Shown piece after piece: positions 25,182 to 31,698 of a stretch of DNA of 34,036 nt (the stretch's first letter is position 1; each line of letters opens with the position of its first letter). Where the stretch lies: the NCBI GenBank assembly GCA_964412315.1, contig CAYPON010000004.1, positions 2,180-36,215 on the forward strand, in the 5' to 3' direction. The notes beneath the pieces are model-generated. The model saw only the letters and a list, made by a program, of their open reading frames with translations, was not told the origin of the DNA and searched no databases. The translations under genes and the position numbers were made by a program. The stretch is from an uncultured Anaerolineae bacterium (GTDB lineage Bacteria; Chloroflexota; Anaerolineae; JAAYEA01).

Positions 25182-25253
25182 ATCGTTTACTCCTGAAATC
25201 CGAAGCGTTTGTTGTTGGTAGATATTATCAGTAGATCACAGATTCCCGCAAAT

Positions 25254-25332
25254 GTCATTCCGAGGCGCGCCTTTTGCGCCGAGGAATCTCCTGCTGCGGG
25301 GGAAAGAGATTCCTCGCTTCGCTCGGAATGAC
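25254..25332. repeat. REP/MITE-like palindromic element
   Basis: The left arm is GTCATTCCGAG-[GCGCGCCTTTTGCGCC]-GAGGAATCTC. The right arm is its inverted partner GAGATTCCTC-[GCTTCG]-CTCGGAATGAC. A 15-nt centre separates them. Predicted stems are 10 bp and 11 bp. Confidence 0.6.
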
Positions 25333-25371
25333 AGACTTTACAGAGGTGTGCATTGATTAGGAGATATGGAT

Positions 25372-25400
25372 TTGACAGATGGTCTATGTTGTATTATAAT
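25372..25400 (+). promoter_or_regulatory. sigma-70-type promoter for the padR operon
   Basis: TTGACA (25372..25377), exact 17-nt spacer, TATAAT (25395..25400). It sits ~55 nt upstream of the padR ATG in an AT-rich spacer. Confidence 0.6.
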
Positions 25401-25419
25401 ATATGTATAAATCATATAT
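25399..25419. promoter_or_regulatory. palindrome overlapping the -10 element and start site (candidate PadR operator)
   Basis: ATATATG-N7-CATATAT perfect 7-bp inverted repeat. The inner ATGT...(A)CAT-like half sites loosely recall PadR-type operators. Confidence 0.35.
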
Positions 25420-25454
25420 ATGAGTTAAACACTTGCAATGAAAAGGAGATCATC

Positions 25455-25847
25455 ATGTGCGGTGGACACCACGGTGAGGCGAGAGTGATTTGTTGTCCGA
25501 CAGGGGAGCGGGTGCGCGGCTTTATTCAGCCCTGGCTTCTCTTGCTCCTTTTGCAGAGGCCAAGCCACGGCTATGAGTTGATGGAACGACTGTCCCAGAG
25601 CGAAGAGGCGCCGGGTGCCGATCCCGGCCTCCTCTACCGTACACTGCACCAACTGGAGGGGGAGAGGCTGGTACGCTCGGCATGGGACACTGAGGGAAGC
25701 GGCCCGGCACGACGACTGTATCAGGTGACGTCGGAAGGGGAGGAATATCTCCACGCCTGGGCGGTGAACATCCGCCGGACAAGGGAACGGTTGGATCATT
25801 TCCTGGCAGAATATGAAAAGCATTTTCGGAATGAAGAAAGGAGGTGA
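25455..25847 (+). CDS. PadR-family transcriptional regulator with Cys/His-rich N-terminal extension
   Basis: Winged-helix core IQPWLLLLLLQRPSHGYELMERL...LYRTLHQLEGERLVRSAWDTEGSGPARRLYQVTSEGEEYL. AAGGAG 6 nt upstream of ATG 25455. The N-terminus is MCGGHHGEARVICCP. Confidence 0.85.
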   Translation: MCGGHHGEARVICCPTGERVRGFIQPWLLLLLLQRPSHGYELMERLSQSEEAPGADPGLLYRTLHQLEGERLVRSAWDTEGSGPARRLYQVTSEGEEYLHAWAVNIRRTRERLDHFLAEYEKHFRNEERR

Positions 25848-25852
25848 GAAAG

Positions 25853-26074
25853 ATGTGCGGACATGGTGAGCATCATGGCTTCCATGGCCATACCTGTTGG
25901 TGCGGCTGCTACGATTTTGGTTTCAGGATGCACTTTGGCCCTGGTATACACTTCACCCGTCGCTTCTCTACGAAAGAGGAGCGTATCGCCTGGCTAGAGG
26001 AATACCTGAAAGAGCTGAAAGCCGAGGTCAAGGCGGTGGAGGAGCGGCTCGCCGAGATAAGGGCGGCCAAATGA
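25853..26074 (+). CDS. small Cys/His-rich coiled-coil protein (DUF5320-like)
   Basis: AGGAGG 8 nt upstream of ATG 25853. 73 aa: MCGHGEHHGFHGHTCWCGCYDFGF..., then an amphipathic helix EERIAWLEEYLKELKAEVKAVEERLAEIRAAK. The size, coiled-coil tail and PadR adjacency fit DUF5320 (unverified). Confidence 0.6.
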   Translation: MCGHGEHHGFHGHTCWCGCYDFGFRMHFGPGIHFTRRFSTKEERIAWLEEYLKELKAEVKAVEERLAEIRAAK

Positions 26075-26086
26075 AGGTGAGATGGC

Positions 26087-26116
26087 GTGCGATGCAGCTT
26101 GCGGGCTGCATCGCAC
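26087..26116 (+). terminator. hairpin after the padR operon
   Basis: Perfect 12-bp stem GTGCGATGCAGC / GCTGCATCGCAC with a 6-nt loop, 13 nt after the stop at 26074. A T-rich run (GGTTTTGGTTT) follows only ~25 nt later. Confidence 0.4.
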
Positions 26117-26147
26117 GTCTGAGCCTTGCTATCCTATCGGTTTTGGT

Positions 26148-26177
26148 TTGACGCCGTCCGTTGTTATGTCGTATAAT
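26148..26177 (+). promoter_or_regulatory. candidate promoter for the M55 peptidase gene
   Basis: TTGACG (26148..26153), 18-nt spacer, TATAAT (26172..26177). Confidence 0.45.
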
Positions 26178-26231
26178 ACGGCAAGCCCTGCCCGGCAGAG
26201 AGTCACATCTATCAGAACAGAGAGGATTCGG

Positions 26232-27047
26232 ATGAAGATCTACCTCATGACCGATTTGGAAGGGGTGGCGGGCGTTCTGAATTTTGAGGATTGGTGTACG
26301 CCTAACTCGCGCTATTACGAGGTAGCAAAGGAGCTGCTGACACGGGAAGTCAACGCGGCAATAGAAGGCTTCTTCGCAGGAGGGGCGACAGAAATCGTCG
26401 TCGCCGATGGCCACGGACATGGCGCGGTCAATCCGCTACTCCTCGACCCTCGCGCGGAGTTGATGCGGGGTTGGCCGCAGGGGTGGCCGCTTTTGCTGGA
26501 CAAAAGCTATGGCGCCGTGGCCTGGGTGGGGCAACATGCCAAAGCCGGCACCGAGTATGCTCATCTGGCGCATACACAATCGTTCAGTTATTTGGACCTT
26601 TCCGTCAATGGCCTCTCCATCGGCGAGTTTGGGCAGTTCGCTTTATGCGCGAGCGAGTTGGGGGTGCGCGGGATATTCCTGTCGGGGGACCGCGCTGCCG
26701 CCGAGGAAGCTCGCCAGCTTCTCCCTGGTATCGAGGCTGTCCATGTGAAGCGGGGCACGACGCCAGGCACAGGGGATGAGCTGGAGACGGAGGCCTATGC
26801 CAAGCGAAACGTAAGCGCGATCCACCTTCATCCGCAAAGGGCACGCGTTATCATCCGCGCCGGGGCGGAGCGGGCCATGCGGCGGGCAGCAGTGGAGCAT
26901 TTCGGTCTGATCGAATTGAAGCCACTCTTCACGCGGGTGGCGCGCTTTCGCGCCGAAGGTGATAAGCCGCGCACTATAGCTACGGAGACCCATCCTTCCA
27001 GCGTAATCGCACTCATGAACATGCTTTATGAGCAAAAACCGATGTAA
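26232..27047 (+). CDS. M55-family D-aminopeptidase (DppA-like)
   Basis: MKIYLMTDLEGVAGV, EVNAAIEGFFAGGATEIVVADGHGHG, GQHAKAGTEYAHLAHTQS and GVRGIFLSGD follow the peptidase M55 pattern. The track start 26082 adds 50 non-homologous residues. Confidence 0.8.
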   Translation: MKIYLMTDLEGVAGVLNFEDWCTPNSRYYEVAKELLTREVNAAIEGFFAGGATEIVVADGHGHGAVNPLLLDPRAELMRGWPQGWPLLLDKSYGAVAWVGQHAKAGTEYAHLAHTQSFSYLDLSVNGLSIGEFGQFALCASELGVRGIFLSGDRAAAEEARQLLPGIEAVHVKRGTTPGTGDELETEAYAKRNVSAIHLHPQRARVIIRAGAERAMRRAAVEHFGLIELKPLFTRVARFRAEGDKPRTIATETHPSSVIALMNMLYEQKPM

Positions 27048-27050
27048 ACC

Positions 27051-27116
27051 TTCGGCTATTAGCTTGCAGCGTCAGCCCAGAAGCTGATGGCTGAAGGCTG
27101 ACAGCCGACAGCTACA
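27051..27116 (+). repeat. GCTGA-heptad intergenic repeat, copy A (5' leader of the MGD::MT gene)
   Basis: TTCGGCTAT...GTCAGCC..AGAAGCTGA TGGCTGA AGGCTGA CAGCCGA CAGCT is colinear with copy B at 30547..30610. It contains a 7-bp pairing GTCAGCC (27071..27077) / GGCTGAC (27096..27102). Confidence 0.55.
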
Positions 27117-27133
27117 TTTCGAGGCCACAGCCC

Positions 27134-29149
27134 ATGAAGAGAATCCTGATTCTAATGAGTGATACCGGTGGCGGGCATCGCGCCTGTGCGCAGGCGCTAC
27201 AGGCAGCCTTCCGGGAGCGGTATGGCGATGAATACCGGGTGGATGTCCTAGACATCTGGATGGATTATACGCGGTGGCCGCTGAACCAGATGCCGAAAAG
27301 CTATCGTTTCCTGATAAATGATGTGCCCTGGATGTGGAGGTCTATGTGGGAACTGGGCGAGAGGCCCCAGGCACTGGAGTTGGCGATCGGTGTGTGGTCG
27401 CACTGGTCCCGGAAGCCGGTCAGCCAGGTCATCGCGCAACATGATCCCGATCTGCTCATTGCGGCGCATCCCCTGATGCAGGATTTGACCTTGCGCATCC
27501 TGGCGCAAACCAGACGGAACATCCCCCTGGTGACTGTGGTGACCGACCTGGTTTCCATCCATCCCATCTGGTTTCGGCGAGAGGCTCTCCGCTGTTTTGT
27601 GACGAGCGACGAGTCCTATCGTCTGGCCTTGCAGGCTGGTCTGCCTCCTGACAGCGTGCGCCAGTATGGCCTGGCTGTGCGTCCTGCCTTTGCCCGCGAG
27701 GCTCCGCCAAAGGAGCAACTGCGCCCTACCTTGGGCCTGCGGCCTGACCTGCCCGTCGCACTGCTCACGGGTGGAGGGGAAGGGATGGGGCCGATCGGAG
27801 CCATTGCTCAGGCAGTGGCTGGGCGATTGGCAGCGGAGGGTCAGCCCAGGGGACAACTGGTAGTGATCTGCGGCAGAAATCGCAAGCTCCAGCAGGAGTT
27901 GCGTGGGCGGACCTGGCCGATCCCTACCATCATCAATGGCTTTGTGGACAACATGCCGGATTGGATGGCTGCCAGCGATTGCATCATCACCAAGGCTGGC
28001 TCGGTCACTATCGCCGAGGCTATGGTGTGCGGGCTGCCGATCCTGCTTAGCGGATATATCGCTGGCCAGGAAGAAGGCAATATACCTTATGTAGTGGAAA
28101 ACGGCATCGGCGTATATAGTCCGCATCCGCAGCGCATTGCCGAGGTCGTGGGCAATTGGTTCGGGCCGGAACGGGCCAGACTGGAGGAAATGGCGCAAAA
28201 GGCGCGTCGCATGGGCCGCCCACAAGCCGCTTTCCAGATCGTCCAAGATATCGCTGGCCTTCTGGCAGAAATGCCCACTGGCGACCTCGCTAGTCGCAAG
28301 CTTCACGCTCGCGCTTCTGCGGAAGCCGTTGCGCCTCAGCCACCCAGTCCCTTCGTGCGGGAATATTATGACCAAAACGCTGCTCGGGAATGGGAAAGGC
28401 TAGAAGGCCCTTTCAGGAAGCTGGAATTCCTGAGCACATTCCATCTTTGGGACAAATACTTCCCCAAGACCGGGCATGTCTGCGACATTGGCTGTGGCCC
28501 GGGCCGGTACGCTATTGAACTCTTGAAGCGGGGCTACCGGGTGACCCTGTTCGATTTTTCTTCCGAATCGCTGGCTCTGGCTCGCGCCAAGATCGCTGAG
28601 TTGGGCTTGCGGGCCGAGGAGTATATTTGCGCCGACGCCAGGAATTTAAGCAGCTTGGGCGACGACGCTTTCGATGCTGTGCTCCTCATGGGCCCCATGT
28701 ATCACGTGATCCGCAAAGAGGAGCGGCTGGCGATCCTGCACGAGACACGGCGCATCTTGAAGAAGGGTGGCATGGCCATGATCGCCTACATCAATGCCTG
28801 GGGCGCCATTCGTGCGGGCATCACGGGATTCTCTGATAGTTACGCCGATATTGGTCATCTCCGCTCATTGCTGAACGAAAAAGTGTACGAGGGACCGGGC
28901 AAGGTTTTCACAGAGTGCTACCTCACTACGCCGCCGGTTGCGCTGGCTGAGGTTAGGGATGCCGGTCTGGAGGTGCTCAGCTACGCAGGAGTGGAGAGCT
29001 TTGCTGCCGGACTGCGAGATGGCATGAAGGAACTGGCGGCCAACAAGCCTGAGGTGTATGCAAACGTGTTGCAGGTGGCGGCAGAGTGCTGCGAATTGGA
29101 GCAGTATCGGGATGTCACGGAGCATCTGCACATCATTGCGCGGAAATGA
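27134..29149 (+). CDS. fusion protein: plant-MGD1-type monogalactosyldiacylglycerol synthase (GT28) + class I SAM-dependent methyltransferase
   Basis: aa 1-~395: MKRILILMSDTGGGHRACAQALQAAF, VTVVTDL, GLAVRPAF, LLTGGGEGMGPI, VVICGRNRKLQ and CIITKAGSVTIAEAMVCGLPILLSGYIAGQEEGNIPYVVENG are nearly colinear with MGD1-type MGDG synthases. aa ~410-671: VCDIGCGPGRYAIELLKRGYRVTLFDFS (SAM motif I) and FDAVLLMGPMYH indicate a methyltransferase. It is one uninterrupted ORF. Confidence 0.85.
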   Translation: MKRILILMSDTGGGHRACAQALQAAFRERYGDEYRVDVLDIWMDYTRWPLNQMPKSYRFLINDVPWMWRSMWELGERPQALELAIGVWSHWSRKPVSQVIAQHDPDLLIAAHPLMQDLTLRILAQTRRNIPLVTVVTDLVSIHPIWFRREALRCFVTSDESYRLALQAGLPPDSVRQYGLAVRPAFAREAPPKEQLRPTLGLRPDLPVALLTGGGEGMGPIGAIAQAVAGRLAAEGQPRGQLVVICGRNRKLQQELRGRTWPIPTIINGFVDNMPDWMAASDCIITKAGSVTIAEAMVCGLPILLSGYIAGQEEGNIPYVVENGIGVYSPHPQRIAEVVGNWFGPERARLEEMAQKARRMGRPQAAFQIVQDIAGLLAEMPTGDLASRKLHARASAEAVAPQPPSPFVREYYDQNAAREWERLEGPFRKLEFLSTFHLWDKYFPKTGHVCDIGCGPGRYAIELLKRGYRVTLFDFSSESLALARAKIAELGLRAEEYICADARNLSSLGDDAFDAVLLMGPMYHVIRKEERLAILHETRRILKKGGMAMIAYINAWGAIRAGITGFSDSYADIGHLRSLLNEKVYEGPGKVFTECYLTTPPVALAEVRDAGLEVLSYAGVESFAAGLRDGMKELAANKPEVYANVLQVAAECCELEQYRDVTEHLHIIARK

Positions 29150-30315
29150 GCAAAATGATCTATTTCGATAACGCCGCGACCTCCTGGCCGAAGCCGCCGG
29201 GGGTGATCGAAGCGATGGTACGCCATATGACCGAAGTAGGTGCCAATCCCGGCCGCGCCGGCCATCGTCTCTCCCTAGAAGCTGGGCGGATTATCTACGC
29301 TACACGCGAGGCCGTGGCCGAACTGTTTCATGCGCCTGACCCGTTGCGCGTCGTCTTTGGTCAGAACGTGACTGACGCGCTCAACCTGGCCTTATGTGGC
29401 TTCCTGAGAGCAGGCGATCATGTCATCACCAGCAGCCTGGAGCACAATTCTGTGATGCGGCCTCTGCGCGCTCTGGAACGGGGGGGTGTGGTGGTGACGG
29501 TGGTGCGCTGCTCCGCTGAGGGGTATCTCGACCCCGCTGACGTAAAGGTGGCCATCCAGCCCCAGACGACGCTTATCGCCCTCAACCATGCTTCAAACGT
29601 GATCGGGACGCTATTGCCAGTGGCTGAGGTGGGGCGCATCGCTCGCGAGCACGATCTCCTCTTGCTGGTGGATGCAGCGCAGACCGGCGGCGCATATCCA
29701 ACGGACATGCAGGCCAATCATATTGACCTGTTGGGCTTCACCGGGCATAAATCGCTCTACGGGCCGATGGGCACCGGCGGGCTGGTCATCGGCGAGCGAG
29801 TTCCTTTAGCTCGCCTGCGGCCTCTCAAGCGCGGAGGCACAGGAAGCCGTTCGGAAGAAGAGGAGCAGCCTGACTTCCTGCCCGACTTGTACGAAAGCGG
29901 CACGCCAGCCTCCAGCCCCGCTAATCCGACAGCATTCGGCGTGCGCTGGGTGCTGGCGCGGGGGGTGGAGGCGATCCGTGCCCACGAGATGGCACTCACT
30001 ACACGGCTGATAGATGGGCTGCGGAAAATTCCTGGTGTGACCATCTACGGTGGGCTGGAAGCGTGCCGCCAGGTGGCAACCGTTTCTTTCAACGTCGCAG
30101 GCCTGGATCCAGCAGACGTGAGCCAGCGGCTGGATGAGGAATATGAGATCATGTGTCGTGCCGGGCTGCATTGCTCCCCTGCGACACACAAAACCATCGG
30201 CACCTTTCCGCAAGGGACGGTGCGCTTCGGGCTGGGATTCTTCAACACGGAACATGAGGTTGATGCTGCCCTCGCCGCCGTGCGCGAGATCGCGAGGAGC
30301 GGATATGGACGATAA
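29146..30315 (+). CDS. class-V aminotransferase-fold cysteine desulfurase / selenocysteine lyase family protein (short-N-terminus subfamily)
   Basis: MIYFDNAATSWPKPPGV, FTGHKSLYGPMGTGGL (PLP-Lys), GGTGSRSE..QPDFLPD..ESGT and AGLHCSPATHKTIGT..GTVRFG.GFFNT. ATG 29146 overlaps the upstream stop as ATGA. ATG 29155 is an alternative start. Confidence 0.85.
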   Translation: MSKMIYFDNAATSWPKPPGVIEAMVRHMTEVGANPGRAGHRLSLEAGRIIYATREAVAELFHAPDPLRVVFGQNVTDALNLALCGFLRAGDHVITSSLEHNSVMRPLRALERGGVVVTVVRCSAEGYLDPADVKVAIQPQTTLIALNHASNVIGTLLPVAEVGRIAREHDLLLLVDAAQTGGAYPTDMQANHIDLLGFTGHKSLYGPMGTGGLVIGERVPLARLRPLKRGGTGSRSEEEEQPDFLPDLYESGTPASSPANPTAFGVRWVLARGVEAIRAHEMALTTRLIDGLRKIPGVTIYGGLEACRQVATVSFNVAGLDPADVSQRLDEEYEIMCRAGLHCSPATHKTIGTFPQGTVRFGLGFFNTEHEVDAALAAVREIARSGYGR

Positions 30316-30541
30316 GCCAGCGCAAAAGTACGCTGTCATCCTGGCTTATAGCACCAGCCGCGCGCTGCGGGCGGAAAAGCTCCTGCTGGGAGCAGGAATT
30401 TCCTGCAAACTGATCCCTGTACCGCGTCACCTCAGCTCCGATTGTGGTGTCTGCCTGCGCATTGACAAAACGGACGAGGCTCGTGCCCGGCAAGTGCTAG
30501 AGGCAGCCAAGATCGAGATCGAGGGCATTCACGATTTTTGA
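30305..30541 (+). CDS. DUF3343-family putative Se/S carrier protein
   Basis: 78 aa. YAVILAYSTSRALRAEKLL...CKLIPVPRHLSSDCGVCLRI carries the DUF3343 hallmark LxPxPRxxSSxCG. ATG 30305 overlaps the desulfurase 3' end by 11 nt. Confidence 0.7.
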   Translation: MDDKPAQKYAVILAYSTSRALRAEKLLLGAGISCKLIPVPRHLSSDCGVCLRIDKTDEARARQVLEAAKIEIEGIHDF

Positions 30542-30546
30542 GAACT

Positions 30547-30610
30547 TTCAGCTATCAACGGTCAGCCATCAGCCAGAAGCTGAAGGCTGAAAGCTGATCG
30601 CTGACAGCTT
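30547..30610 (+). repeat. GCTGA-heptad intergenic repeat, copy B (5' leader of selD)
   Basis: TTCAGCTAT...GTCAGCC.ATCAGCCAGAAGCTGA AGGCTGA AAGCTGA TCGCTGA CAGCT. It contains a 7-bp pairing GAAGCTG (30577..30583) / CAGCTTC (30604..30610). It ends 18 nt before the selD ATG. Confidence 0.55.
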
Positions 30611-30628
30611 CCGAAAGGGGTGAACGGC

Positions 30629-31678
30629 ATGGCCGACAACAAGATTCGCCTGACGGCCCTGACCAGCGCGGCGGGCTGAGCAGCCAAAATGGCCCCTCAG
30701 GCCCTGGCGCAGGTGCTGCGCCCGCTGCGAGAGCTGTTTCATACCGAACAATATCCTAATCTCCTCGTCGGCCTGGATGAGAGCGATGATGCCGCCGTTT
30801 ACAAGATCAACGACGAAATGGCGATCATCCAAACGCTCGACTTTTTCACGCCGGTTGTGGACGATCCCTACGATTACGGGACCATCGCCGCCGCGAACGC
30901 TATGAGCGACGTCTACGCTATGGGCGGCGAGGTGGTCTTGGCCTTGAATATCTGTGGCTTTCCACCAGACCTTCCACCGAGAATGATCGCCGAAATCCTG
31001 CGCGGCGGCGCGGAGAAGGTACGGGAGGCGGGAGGGGCCATCGCCGGTGGCCACACCATAGACGACAAGGAGCCGAAATATGGCCTGGCCGTGATGGGCC
31101 TGGTTCATCCGCGCCGCGTGCTCACCAAACGAGGCGGTCAGCCAGGCGATGTCCTGATCCTGACCAAGCCGCTGGGCGTGGGGATCATCACCACCGCCTT
31201 CAAGGGGGATGCGGCCAATCCGGCGCACCTAGCCGGGGCGGTAGAGAGCATGAAGCGGCTCAATCGCCACGCTGCTCGTCTTTTCCAGCAGGTTGGCGTC
31301 CATGCCTGCACCGACATCACCGGCTTTTCCCTCTTGGGCCATAGCTCTGAGATGGCGGAAAAAGGCCAGGTGCGGCTCCGCTTTTTCCTGAATCGGCTCC
31401 CTTTCCTGGAGGGAGCACGAAGCTATGCCAAGGAGTGGCTTTTCCCCGGCGGAGCCTGCCGAAACAAAGAGCATTATCAAGGCGGCGTGGATTTCGCGCC
31501 GGAAATCACAGAAGAGATGCAGATGCTCCTTTTTACTCCGGAAACCTCCGGTGGCCTCCTCGCCGCCGTCGCTCCGGGCAAGGTGGATGCGCTCGCGGCT
31601 CTCTTCGCCGGGGAAGGGGAGCCTTGCTGGGTCGTGGGCGAAGTGCTGGAGGGAGAGGGGATCGAAGTCCTTCCATGA
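30629..31678 (+). CDS. selD: selenide, water dikinase (selenophosphate synthetase), selenocysteine-containing form (TGA codon 17 = Sec)
   Basis: The track ORF (30689..31678) has GLDESDDAAVYK and DFFTPVVDDPYDYGTIAAANAMSDVYAMGG, typical of SelD, but lacks the catalytic N-terminal loop. The same frame upstream reads ATG(30629) ADNKIRLTALTSAAG TGA AAK M(30689). This restores the G-[C/U]-x-x-K loop with U17/K20 at the positions of E. coli C17/K20. AAAGGGG lies 8 nt upstream of ATG 30629. Confidence 0.85.
30677..30722 (+). other. UGA-Sec recoding site plus candidate bacterial SECIS hairpin
   Basis: TGA at 30677..30679. A perfect 7-bp stem GGCGCAG (30706..30712) / CTGCGCC (30716..30722) carries a GUG loop. 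The loop begins 33 nt after the UGA with G as its first nucleotide. Confidence 0.55.
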
Positions 31679-31698
31679 AAGACATGAGAGGAGAGACC

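Noticed and set aside
25182-25253. Possible Moco or other riboswitch in the transporter 5' leader
   Set aside because: Only ~70 nt are available between the ATG and the palindromic repeat. That is far shorter than known Moco/Wco RNA motifs, and no conserved stem architecture is visible.
27134-28320. The GT domain as a SenB-like selenosugar synthase
   Set aside because: It is tempting because of the adjacent SelD. However, the domain is nearly colinear with MGD1-type MGDG synthases, including their signature blocks, so galactolipid synthesis is the default call. The idea is kept only as a low-prior possibility within the cluster-level hypothesis.
27248-28375. 375-aa ORF on the minus strand
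   Set aside because: It is antisense to the MGDG-synthase domain, whose plus-strand translation is colinear with a known enzyme family. The composition is Arg/Pro/His-biased with no RBS context.
30677-30679. TGA as a genuine stop (selD starting at 30689, or selD as a pseudogene)
   Set aside because: The 16 codons before and 3 codons after the TGA reconstruct the conserved SelD N-terminal loop, with Lys at +3. There is a proper SD and ATG at 30629, there is none in front of 30689, and a SECIS-like hairpin follows. Sec recoding is the more parsimonious reading.
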